NCBI RefSeq assembly: GCF_041956535.1
Contig: NW_027192200.1
Coordinates: 515,477 to 579,476, forward strand
DNA: 64,000 bases
Direction: 5' to 3'
Origin: Calcarisporiella thermophila CBS 279.70
Lineage: Eukaryota > Fungi > Calcarisporiellomycota
Shown here: positions 49,942 through 61,723 of the stretch, piece by piece
Layout of the letters: every line of letters begins with the position of its first letter
How positions within the stretch are numbered: position 1 is the first letter of the stretch
The notes under the pieces: model-generated
Told to the model about the DNA's origin: nothing
What the model saw: only the letters and a program-made list of their open reading frames with translations
The model's database searches: none
Made by a program: the position numbers and the translations under genes

Positions 49942-50184
49942 ATTGCAGTTGGAAATACTAAATGATAAAATATTTATTGGTTAGACTTGATTAAAAAAGA
50001 ATGTAGGCAACTGCCTACATTTATTTTTTTAGAAATGTTTAATTTATAAAAAAATATGTGCTACATGCTTTAACGCCTTTGAGGCAGATAACAGGAAGCA
50101 GCCCCATTTTTTTATAATTTAATTAATAAATATATAATTTTCCCGAGTGATAACGCGACAGAGTGTCAAAACGTGAAAACAACA

Positions 50185-50340
50185 AGAGCGTATGAATAAA
50201 CAATGCGAACCTCCATGACCCAGGAAATAGCGATATCGTGAAAACAGACACCGCGTATCCACGCCGACGAGTGACCAGATTGTAGTAGGCCATATGCCAG
50301 CTCATACACCCCGAGCCAAAAACCAGTTTCGAAACTGATT
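50185..50340 (-). ncRNA. Candidate structured RNA (unidentified)
   Basis: Three nested helices plus a 5' hairpin; all are completed by G-U pairs only on the minus strand (see findings). Confidence 0.4.
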
Positions 50341-50659
50341 AAGACGAAAATTGAAGGAATCGATACAGCATGTTATATATTCACAATTATAGAACACGAC
50401 ATTATAAGTAGCAAAAAACGTAAAATTGGGGGAGGAAGGGGGGAGAAAAGTCCATATATAGGATAGACAATTTTCTCGGTGTGTAAAAGTTCAGCACAGA
50501 AATAAAGCATAATAAAGAAAGATAGACCAAAGGGGTGGAGGCGCGTGACGTGGACTTCTTACCACACACACAGGCCCGTATTGAAAATTTTAATACAGGC
50601 CTGCGCCATCCGTCCACCTTTATAATGGTCGAATTCTCCTCTAGCCTTTCAACTGGGAC

Positions 50660-52749
50660 ATGGTCACAAACTCCACAAATCGAATATCAAGGCGCGATTC
50701 AAATCGTCAAGCTGCCTTCACATTTCTCTCTAACATCAGTCTTGGAAACGAAAATCCTCTGCGCCCATTCGACCTTTTAGAAGAAAATTCACCCATCGAG
50801 AAAAAAGAGGACCATGCTAGATCGCCTCTCCACTCCCAGGCTGCCAAAGGTAAAGCCGCTCAGCCAGCGGACAGGAACATAACGTCTGCGGCAGACAGAG
50901 TCTCCTCCGACAGAGGCCAGTCAATACTGCCCCCTGAGGAGGGAAAACCCCCTCCTCCTGCCCATTCGAGATCCATTCACAGTAAAGCGCGCTCTTCAAA
51001 GGCTACCGATTTTCTCAAGAATATCTCCCTGGAGGCTGCCCCATCAATATCTCATACTGGCTCTCCAGGCTCCAAACAATCACGAGTGGAGCAGGGTACA
51101 TCCAACGCGGCATCCAGAAATAAACCACAGGCTAGGCGCACGCAATCCGTAAACCTGAACGAGAACAAAGGTAATTTTACTTATGGAGGAAGGAGAGTAG
51201 TGTGTTCAGGCTCTGCTCCCGGAATAATCACGCTCTGATGTGCTTCGGTGATGCGCTAAATTGGTATTTTGATTATGATCTGTCCCTGTAGCAACGTCGA
51301 GCAATCAAGCTTCCCATGCAAACTACCGATCCTCAGCCTCCATGCCTCAGCTTTCCCCTGGGAATGCCCCGTCGACTTCCTGGAGTCAGCCCGATAAGCT
51401 GGGCATACGGGCCGACTCCGCCGACGGCTCCCACCTGGGCAAGGCGCTGCGTCAGACCAAGTTTTTCTTGACGGCTTCGGCGGTATCTATCCTCTCCATC
51501 CTTTGTGAAGCATCGGTGCATCTAAACCCTTTCATTTTGGTTTTAGAATACGTCGATTGCAGCCATCTCCAGCTTGGGCAGCTACAGAGACAAATCGCGG
51601 AAGAACAAAAAGCGGCAGCTGCCCCACTTTCACAAGGAGTATCTGTAAGTGAACCTCGGCAGCTCACCGATAGGGCCATGCCTGACTCACTTGGTTTGAA
51701 TCTATAGTAGGCAGATAACCAACATTGATTCCCTTAAGAAGCGCAAGGCCGAGTCCTATGGCTACCTTCTTGTGCCAAGCAATAGCTTAGGGTACGTACC
51801 CCCTCATTCTCGCATTGCTCGCTTGGATTTTTGCTCCTTCTTCATTGAACCAACCATAGGCAAAGCGAAATTGATCAATCCATGTTGGCCTATGATCCGC
51901 ACTACTTGGATGACCCCGAACTGAAAATGGGCAGCAAACGGCCTCTGGTGGGGCTACAGGCCTTTATGGTAATCTTTCTTTTTTGGGGGGAGGAGGGGAG
52001 GGAATCTCTTGGGGGCACTCATTTACGAGCTTTTTTTTTTCGTTTCTTGTAGGGCTCCATTATCCATCCCAATCGACCGGCCGATCTAAAGCGCGAACTC
52101 AACGACCAGTTTCGGGAAACGCACGCAGAGGTAGACTCCTCCATCACGCTAACAAAGATCCGAACGGTGAAGTCCCGTCTGCTTGACGTGGGGCAGCAGC
52201 TGGACCTGGAGATCAGCACCGTGGCGAAGGCCTATGCGTATTTTGAGAAGCTGGTCTTGAAGGATGTCGTCCGCAAGGAAAATCGAAAACTCGTGGCAGG
52301 TTAGGTCATCGGGATGAACTTGCATAGGTTGCAGAGAGCGTGTCTAAATTTCCATTTTCTCTCTCTCTTTCTCTCTCTTTCCTCTCCCAGCGGTATGCAT
52401 TTTCTTAGCAACCAAGGTCAATGAGCCCAAAGGGTTCGGCTTCGGGCCCCTTCTTGACGCGTGTGAGAAGCACCTGGGCACCGCGCCAAAGGATGTGCGC
52501 GCGCACGAGTTTTCTGTCTTTGTCGAGCTGGGCTTCAACCTGTATTTACCTTTGCATGAGTTTATGCCGCATTTTGAGCGAATTTTCACCACCCTCGGTA
52601 AGCTCTTATTTTCCCTGCCTCTTGCATTGGAGCAAGAGGGTTGTGCATTTACCCACCTGGCTCTCTTGTTCTGTTACCATCATGTAGGGGCGGATGTGCA
52701 CGAATACTTGGGGGATCGGGCATTCTATCTCGGCGATGCCAAGGCATAG
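50660..52749 (+). CDS. Cables-like (CDK5/ABL1 substrate family) cyclin-box protein, multi-exon
   Basis: N-terminal RQAAFTFLSNISL; YDPHYLDDPEL; DLKRELNDQFRETH..ITLTKIR; TVAKAYAYFEKL..NRKL; FLATKVNE; EFSVFVELGFNL. Confidence 0.88.
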
Positions 52750-53251
52750 CGCATGGCCCGCGTTCTCCCGAGTGCGGCACTTGGCACTTTTCAGCGGCAC
52801 CATCTAGCCTCGGCACAATAATTGTAAATAGATCTACCTGAATGAAAAGGGGTTTATAGTCAACTCTGTTTTGCTGTAGTCTACTTCGTCTTTTTTTTTT
52901 GAATACGGCTATATTCAGATAGCAAACAAATATATAATATATATAGCTATAAAAGAAAGTGGGATTCACTGCAAATGGTAGAAAATTCCTCAAAGTCATC
53001 CCCCCTTTTTTTTTCTTCCTCTCTACGCTCCTCCTTTCACCGGTGACTTCTTGGACTGAACCAAAAAAAAAAAAAATAAGCACTTTAATTTACTGTATTA
53101 AAATATATCTCTACAAAACCGACAGCAAAGAAGACAGACTCCACCGACGGTGGGGGGGGAGGGCTCTTTTTCATGGAGATCGGTGCAATAACGGGTAATG
53201 AGGGGGGAGAGGGGGAGGGAGAGGTGAGTGACCGTGTGCCACCTTGCCCCT

Positions 53252-56200
53252 TTAGCCGAAAATAAGTCTCAGTACAAGGTAGGTCACGCACCCTACAAAG
53301 CGTACGGCACTGAGGCAGGCCACGGCCCAAAAGAGGAACTAAGAAAAAATAGAGAGAAGTGGGGGGTGAGTCTGGGGGTTGAGGGGCCAGTGGCATAGAG
53401 AAACCGGCCGGCACTTACCGTCAAGTATGGATTGTACGCCTTCATCGAGTTGGGGTTAACCTTGGTCAAGAAATTGATGAAGACGTCGCTCGTCATGACG
53501 ATGATCAGCAGCGCATTGGAGAGCATCCAGCTCAGCACGAGATTCGTGCGGAAGAGCTTGTAGTAGTCCTCCTGCTTTGTCTTCGCGTCGCGCTTCTGGG
53601 CCTGCTTCACTTCGGGCACCGCGAGCTCACGGAGCATCTGGTCGTAGGCGGCATTGATATCGTGCTGTTCCGTCGGCACCTCCACCTTGACCATCTGCTT
53701 CCCGTTTTCCGTTTTCGTGATCTGTGCCGCGCCCAGGGATGCGGCCCCGTTGTCTCCCTTGGTTCCCCAGCTGACGTCGTGCGTGTTGCAGAACGCGTAC
53801 ACCATCAGGATGTTAATGTAGGACGGCATAAGGAAGATATACTGGATAAACGAGGTGAACATGTGCCAGGGCTCGAAGTGCAGGAAGGACGAGACGAAGT
53901 AGAGGAGATAGGTCGAGCCCAGCGAGATGACGATATCTCGGAAGATTGGCGAGGTGCGAAGTAGATTCGGAGAGTTGCGCCAGCCCTCGGCAGTTTTGGG
54001 CACGGTCTGATAAATGGTGAAGCCGGAGACGTACAGCTGAGGGGCACATCGTAAACAGACCCGGGGTCAATACACAGAACATGGGGCACGCATTAAATAG
54101 GGTTTACCATGAGCATCATAATCAGTGCAAACAGGACCACGCACAGCCGGTATAGCCACTTGGACCCCTGGGGTCGATTTCCCATCGCCGAGATAAAGAT
54201 AATGACGATCACCTACCACGTTGGCGTCAGTGAGCATTCATTGCATGCGCAATTTGGCGTCGAAAAGAGGGGGGAGGAGGGGGACTTACCATGACGTAGA
54301 GGTTCCTCATGATGGGGAAGACGAATGCAGCATACCCAAAGAAGGGGTCAGGAACTTGCAACGCCTGCGTTACTTGCACCTCTTTCCCGTCGATGATTTG
54401 GGTAATGGTGACCGGAAGCGATGCCTTTCCCAGGAAAAAGAAGGCGAGATAGAAGTTTCCCTGCAGATTGGTGAAAAGAGAGAGAGAGAGTCGGTGAATA
54501 TCAAGGGACACTTTAGCACTTTTACACTTCAACACGCTCGGAACACTCACTAATGCGAACCAATTGAACACGAGATTGACGGTGTTGTACAAAAATTCGA
54601 ACATGAGCAGACACTTGCGGAAGAAGCCCTGCCCGGAGGAGAGGATGCGGAGAGCGTGGACCGAGCCATAGATCGCGGCGAAGAAAGAGCCGTTCAGCCA
54701 GCGGCGGCGCTGGGAAATAAACTCGGGGAGATTGTCGGGGACATCGGTTTCGGCCTTGGCGGACTTGACGTACTTGAGGAGCCATGCCTCGTTTTTCTTC
54801 GCGACGAGCTCGAAGCAGAGGATACGATCTTCCGCGAGGTACATGCTGTTGCAACGCAAGAAAGAGGGTTAGCCAAGCCTAAAAATCGAACGAGAGAGTC
54901 CATGGTGGAGAGTGGGAGGGGGGAGGGGAGGGGGATGGGTACGTACTTCGCCTCGAAAATCCCGGCGTCGGTGGAGCCCCCGTGCATCAGCTCTCCCTTG
55001 AAGTAGGAGGCCAGGGGGCCCTCGTTCGGCCCGATATTCTGCAGAGCGCGGTAACGATACGCGGAGAACGCGCCCGGTAGCACGGAAATGTACCCGAAAA
55101 CGGACTCGAGCGGCTTGTCAAGGATGTTCGACATCTTATACTCGAAGTTTTGGGAGGCGACCAGGGGATTGAGGAGGTTTTTCCAGCCGGTGCCGAGTTC
55201 GGCGCAAATCTCCCCGCATGCGCCCCCGACATTTGGATTGCGGTCGAATGCCTTCCACAGGTGGTATATTGAGGTGGAGCTGGGGCGCGTGCCAACGTCG
55301 AGAAGAATGCACACATTTGGGTTCAGTTGCGGGGCAAACGCGTTGAAGAACCAGCGGTGAGAGTTGATCTTCTTCTTGTTCTGCTCCTTGAGGCAGAACA
55401 GCACCTGGACGGGGTAGGGGCACTTGTCCGCCCCGTGCACGTTCATCTTCTGGTCGATGAGCACCTGGGTCGTGTACTCGAATAGGTGGGCGGTGACGGG
55501 CTTCCCGGCGATCTCGGACTTGGCGATCCCGTCCTGGTAGACGCCCATCGCCCCGAGGACCTTGAGCACTCGAGGGTGGATCTTGCTGCGACCGTCGGAC
55601 ACTATGCACGCGACAATCTTCTGCCACCCGTCCGGTCCCCATGTTTTGGACCGCGTGCGGCTACATAGATGCGCCACGTTTTTTATGACCGAGTTCATTG
55701 TCTTCAGAAAGAGGCCGTCATCCTCCTGCGATGGAGAGAGCATTCAGCACAAGACATTGTCTCAGGAACTCGGGCAGGCTCAACTTACATTGTACATGGT
55801 CATCACAATAAAGACCTCAGTGTGCCGTCCTTGCAGGTATGGCCGTAGGGTGTACCGGTCCCGAATAAAGTCATCTGGGTCGCAAGTGCAGGCTGTGTAT
55901 CGCATGTGTGTGAATTCGGTTCCCGACGTGTATTTAACACTCCTTAGTAGCTTGTCGGGTACAGGGCAGTCGAGCACGAGATTTCCTTGGGTCAGCTCGA
56001 CGTGCCGGATCGACTAAGGAGAGCCATGAATCCATTTCTCATTCAACACAACGACCCTTCATCCCTATCCAATCTTTTCATCCCTTACCTTGCGCTTGTT
56101 GAGTCGGCTCTTTTCATTGGCGGCACGCGCGTCATAATCCATGTCAATGTAGTGCTCGGTTGGGTATCCATTCCGCATTCCGTTTCCTTGCAACGGATGC

Positions 56201-56376
56201 ATTCTCGATGAGGGCATCGGGCTTGGGTAGTGGACAAGGGCTGCCCGGCCATCATCGTGATGGCCGTAGTCGGCGATATCCTCGTGGCCGTAGTAGCCGT
56301 GGTTTTGAGGGTGCGAGTCTAGCGCAGGGTCCCCGTAGTAGCTAGGTATACCATTCTGGTAGTTGTGATTATACAT
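53252..56376 (-). CDS. Chitin synthase, division 1 (class I/II-like, no myosin-motor domain)
   Basis: [69 protein letters not shown] and HDVSWGTKG; last exon ends ..YLVLRLIFG*. Confidence 0.97.
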
Positions 56377-57772
56377 TAATGAGGCAGATGGAGAACAGGC
56401 CTTTTGGCTGAATTAGAGAAGGATTGGCTAGAGGGAGGGGGAGATAAGGTTAAGGAGAGGGGGAGGCGGCAAGCTCTGAGCTAGGGGAGAGTGAAACAGG
56501 GAAACAGGGGAGGGAGCGCGGGGAGATGAGAGAGTCGAGAGCACAGGAAGGGGGAGATGCAGGGGAAATAGGGGAAAAGGATAGGAAGGCTACTGTTAGG
56601 AGCGGTATGAAAAAATGGGTGATGATTGCAGAACCAGAAAAACAAATCTCACCAAATTAATCCTGTTCGCACTCCGCGATCACTGTTAAAAGAGGAAAAA
56701 CGCTGAGCCTTTTTCCGGCAATGGCCGGCCTTGATTGGTCAAGGCATGGCCATCCTTGTCGCGGTCTGATGAAAGTAGAACATCTCCTCGATCTCCAACC
56801 TTCCGCACGCGGCCTCCGCACCGCGCTCAATGGATGCCTTATCGGCCCATATGGCTGCGGCCACTCGCTCCCACAAATGCTGCCCTGCACTGGTGCGCCC
56901 ATGACTCGAGCCGGGCGCTCTAGGACTGCCCTGGTTTCGGCCTCGACCAGGCAGAGGGAGAACAAAAACCCATAAAAATTGACATTTTCTAAATTTTTCC
57001 GGATAGCCTTCAACGTCCTAAGTTTTGCCACCCGTCCCTTCTTTTTTTTCTTCTGGTCCCCTGCGCGGGTTCCTTCTGCGTAAGAAGGGAATTTCGTCAC
57101 CTTTGGCCAAGGCTGGGCCCTAGGAGACAGCTGCTCTGAAAGAGCAGCTATCATGGCATTATTGCTTCAGAAAGAGGCTGCGGCCTCGCAATTCAGCTGC
57201 TCAGGACTTGACAGTCTTGTAGTTGGCGCTTTTCTCCCCCGTCCTCTCCTGTGATAATAGTGGCAAAGCCGTAAGGGTCCAGAAATGCTTGATAGGCCTG
57301 TGCTCCCTTGCTCCTATCTACTTTTCCAATCGGAAAGCTGCCCACATGTGCATCTTCCCTCGCAAATATAGCATAGCTTAGTCTGTACCGTGAATGACAC
57401 AACGCAAAATTACATAGGATGCTAAATGAAATATGCAAAATGGATGAATGCTTGGAATATTGTAAGGGTGTGCAGAAGCAATATGCGGTAAAGCATTGCC
57501 AGACTGTATTCGATCTTTGTCACATGCGTCCATGGTTTTCATTTGGACCTCAGCTACAGACAATTGCTTGGTTCCATTAAGTAACAAAATTGGCCTAGTG
57601 AGCAGCCTCTATATTGTCTAAAAGCAGCTAAAAGGTCAATCCCAATGCCTCCAAGCAAAAGGTTTTTTTTTTTTCATTTCTTTAAAAATATATATATTAA
57701 ACAAGACACTCAAAAAAAAAACAATCTATTAGAAAAAAAATTGAAATTACAGGCGATAAAACCCTAAACCAT

Positions 57773-59743
57773 TCACTTGTCAAAATGTTTTTTGTATCGC
57801 GCGGACTGAACCACATCCTGCGCCCACAGCCCTAGTTCTGAAGATAAATGTGATCTAGGAAGAGAAGCCACACAAGTTAGTTCAAGCCATTTCTGTGGCA
57901 ACCCTCATTCAACTCACTTTATAGACATGACCGTCTCGGGTGTCGTCAACGCGGACAGCCAGATTTCCACCCGATCTCCTCGATTGCGCCGGGATAACAC
58001 TACGCCGCAACACTCGCTACGCGTATCGCCCAAGGTCCCGCCGACAAAGGAAAATGCCACGCTTTCCCAGAGCTCGTCCAATTGTTGTCTAGGTACCGAC
58101 AAGGTTAGCCGGCCGCCACCCTTGTTCCCCGCATCCTCCCATACAGGCTGGATCCAGGCCTTGAAGAGGTGCAGGTTTTGATTCGCTTGCATCCCTGCCC
58201 GCATCCTCCGCACCGACCTCCATTGCGCGCCAAAGTCGGGCACGGTGGCACAGTGAAAAAGCTCGCGCAGGGTCGACGAGTACGACTCGGCTTGGACGTG
58301 CTTTTTTGCGGCTGATGTGTCGGAAAAATAGAGTCGGACGGAGTGCGGCAGGGGAAGGGCGCAGGGGAGTGAATGGGCGGCAATATATTCTCTAACTTCT
58401 CGCACAGTATCCGCATGGGTCTCCACTTTATCAGGATCGACCCACCAAGGCATGGCATCTTCTTCTGGAGCGCGCGGCTGCGAGTCCCCAGTCGGTGCGC
58501 TTTCCAGTTTGGGCGGGGAGGAAGGCGCACTTTTTGTCTCTAGAATTCCTGGCGCTGAGTCTCCGGGAGTTAAAGGCTCGGCCGACGTATCTTGTGCCTC
58601 TACAGACTCCTTCACTCTATCATCCTTATCCACTTTCTCGTCTACTTCCTGACTCGGCTCTTGCCGTTCCCGCACTTCTCTTTGCTCCCGCTGCTCCCGC
58701 TGTTCTTGCTGCTCCCGCTGTTCTTGCTGCTCCCGTGGCTCCCTCTGTTCTTGCTGCTCCCGTGGCTCCCTCTGGTCGCCCCGCTGCTCCCTGCGCTCCT
58801 TTTGCTCCGCTTCTTCTCTTGACACCCTTCTTGAAAATGGCCTCCGTGGTCGCTCAACAGAGGGCGCTCGCCCATTTGTCCGTCTCTCTGCACTCTTATC
58901 AAGGGAAAGCTTGGATGGTGGTTGGTCCGCCTCGGCCTTCGTCTCCGCCGACTTCACAACCCTCGGTTTCCCACCAACTTCAGTACGGCTCTCGCGTTCC
59001 CGATCCGGTGGCTCGACGCGGCTATTATCTCGTATTCTCCGACTCTCTTCCCGTGGCAAAGTGGGGGGTAGGATCTCTGATATGGGCGATTCTAGAGAAA
59101 GGGTTTCTGCCGACCGCGTCACAAGTTCAAGTTCCGACAACGGCCGCGGAAGGGACGGCCGTTTACCTCTTGTGCTATCATTCGGTGCGACAGTGGTGGC
59201 CACGGTGCTGGTAGGTGCGGAGGATTCGCGCGTTGATGGTGGAGGGCTCGATGGCAGCCCTTGCTTCTCGGTGCTTCTATCCTCACCCCTCCCACCACCA
59301 CTCTTCTCGGACCGCAAGTATCTTTCCCGCTTGCCCCTCATCCCTCCACCGACGTCCTCCTTTCTCCCCTCGCTATCGCTTCCACCCGACGAAGCTGCAG
59401 CTGCGGCCATCGCCGATGAAAACATGCGCATCACACCCCCCTCTGCCCGCCCTCTTCCTCCGATTCCTCCCCCGCTTCTCCGCTGTGCTCTTTCACCGCC
59501 ATCCGTACTTGCCCCTTCTCTCCGAGGAGAGGAGTGTTCACTAGCGCCTGTGCTTATACTCTGGCCTCTGCTCCTTCGCACCTTTAATCCTCCGCGAGAA
59601 TTGGATGATCCTTCAATTCGGGTAGCCGAACTCGGTGCATGATCCGAGTTCCGAGAAGAAGTGGTGGACGATGTAGAGGACGGGCGTCTCGGGTGTCGCT
59701 CCCGTCGATCGGAGTCATGGGAATATTGAGAGCGTGAAGACAT
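57773..59743 (-). CDS. Atypical eIF4E-family protein with about 450-aa low-complexity N-terminal extension
   Basis: C-terminal domain NLHLFKAWIQPVWEDAGNKGGG, DELW, CGVVLSRRNRGDRVEIW; last intron about 57855-57916; ends ..ARYKKHFDK*. Confidence 0.88.
58677..58800 (-). repeat. Coding tandem repeat (QREQ/QREPREQQE units) in the eIF4E-like N-terminus
   Basis: Plus-strand ctgctcccg/ctgttcttg 9-mers in 18- and 27-nt periods. Confidence 0.85.
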
Positions 59744-60551
59744 TTTACAAATTAACACAAGGAAAATAAAATGGATACGAGACGGTGACTCTTGGAAATA
59801 AAAAAAAAGCAATGTGGATTGATTGATTAGAGAAGAACAAAGAAGGTGACAAAGCAATTATAGTCTTCGGGGATTGCGTCTTTTCATCTCACCGATGTTC
59901 TGCAAGGAAAAAACAATGTCAGCAAGGGCTCGCCCAAAATTGCAAGGGAACCATCGGGAAAGGTACATTTGCTTATGGCTTAGTAATATCGTTACCTTCT
60001 TGTCCTTAGCTTGACATGATCTACTCTTCGTTGTACGGTTTTATATCTATTGATCGCGTTTTTTTTTTCTCATTCGAAAAATATATGGGCAAAGCCACGT
60101 AAATTTAAAGATAACTTGAACCCGCGAGCTGTTCGAAATAGTTTATATTGATGCGAAGAGGCGTTTTCCATCACTATCACCCTGAATTACACTTGTCAAC
60201 CTAGCCATCAATAATGTTTTAGGATTCACATAGGATGTCCTTATTTGTATCCACAGCCGATAATGTCCCTTCGTAATGATAGGGGAGCTGTTTAAGAGAA
60301 TCAAGGGCTAAACTGGGTGATCTGAGAGAAATATAAATAGCCTGTTCAAACTAGAATAAGGAAAAGAAAAGGAAAAAAAAAGAAGGAGAGAGAAAAGAGG
60401 AAAGAGAAGAAAGTGCGGAGGAAAGGGGAGCAAATTAAATTAGAAATTACAATAATAGACTATAATATAATCAATCCAAAAGCACAGATAGACATAAGAC
60501 AGGGGAGAGAAGTTATACAAACGTGCACATACACAGATGGAGGAGGGTGAG

Positions 60552-61723
60552 TTAGGCATTATTCCACACAATGGTTATCATTTCACCGTTCACCTCGCTT
60601 ATCACAGTATTCCGAGATAAGCGATGCGGAGAGCCGCCAGAAATAGAAGACGTCCTGCCGCTGTTATCTTCCGTAGGTTGATGCATGGCCGCAAGCACGC
60701 CTTCAAGCATACCGGAGTCTCTGGACTCGGGGAAAATATCCTGTCCCAACCATGGTTGTGTTGGCGACAAGAGTCCCATATTCTGATGTCTTGCAGAGCC
60801 ATCTGGACGCTTGGCCTTGGTGGGGTTCGACCGGTCGAGATCGGATTGTCCCTGAATCAATGGCAGAGTCGTCATGGATCTAAACGTGGGCGAGAGAGGG
60901 GAGGGAGGAGAAGGAAGATCGTAGGGGTGTAAGTAATTTGGGTCCGCCTCTGGATCCCCTTTCGAGAGATAACCTATGGGGTACATTGAAGGCGTGGTAA
61001 CGTGGCCCTCCTCCAACTCATCCTGCCTGATCAGGCTCACCATCGAACTGCGCGCCGAGTGCGGTACGTAGGCAATGGGAATTATCGCTGAAGTGGACCC
61101 TTTATGGGAGGGGTTCTGAGTGAGGACAGAAGGATTAATATTGGTGAATCTTACAGTCCCTTAACAGATGAAACACGTACCTTTGCGGCAGATACCTGCT
61201 TTGTGGCCAGGGTTGTTCTCTCTTTCGGCGTTTTCTTGCCCCAAGGCAAAAAGGGAACCCCAGCTCTTTTGCACTTTCTGTATCGCATCAGTGCATATAT
61301 CAGCGTCGCTAGCAAAAGTCCACCAATCACACCCCCTATGACGGCCGCTTCTATACCCGAATCATTTTTTTCGCCGCTCACCTGCTCAGTCTCCGGATGG
61401 CAGATGGCACGCGAACATTCAGTACACGTCGCTACAACAAAAATGCATCTTTCTCCTGTTGGACACGGAGAACACTTGGGGAATGGGCAATTGGTGACGC
61501 AGTTGCCTCGGGTCGAATTGTTGGCTCGAGGAATTAAGGGAGCGTGGGCCTGATCCATCTTCGATGGGCGGGTATCGCCGTGGGTTGGATTCTTGAATAA
61601 ATATTGTCTACTAATTTCACGGAATCTGAGAACAGTTGACTCAGCAGATGGTTGAAGAACGCAAGCTAATAAAAGCGCGAGAAGAATAATCCAAGGATAG
61701 CTAATACATCGCGGTGATGCCAT
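60552..61723 (-). CDS. OPY2: Opy2-like membrane anchor (HOG/Ste50 pathway), 2 exons
   Basis: Signal peptide, 8-Cys Opy2 domain CVTNCPFPKCSPCPTGERCIFVVATCTECSRAIC and a GxxxG transmembrane segment; after intron 61180-61116 comes the conserved cytoplasmic IIPIAYVP motif. Confidence 0.85.

Noticed and set aside
49981-50021. Helitron 3' end (hairpin followed by CTAA on the minus strand)
   Set aside because: The spacing is long, the motif is not followed by T, and there is no matching 5' TC end or Rep/helicase remnant.
50078-50095. TTTGAGGCA(G)ATAACAGG resembles 18S rRNA TTTGAGGCAATAACAGG
   Set aside because: A gapped 17-nt match is roughly what chance gives for 64 kb against all rRNA, and there is no proper C/D box context.
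11234-56376. Myosin V, Rho GTPase, chitin synthase and membrane sensors as a polarity or cell-wall gene cluster
   Set aside because: They are tens of kb apart and interspersed with unrelated housekeeping genes; no evidence of clustering without synteny data.
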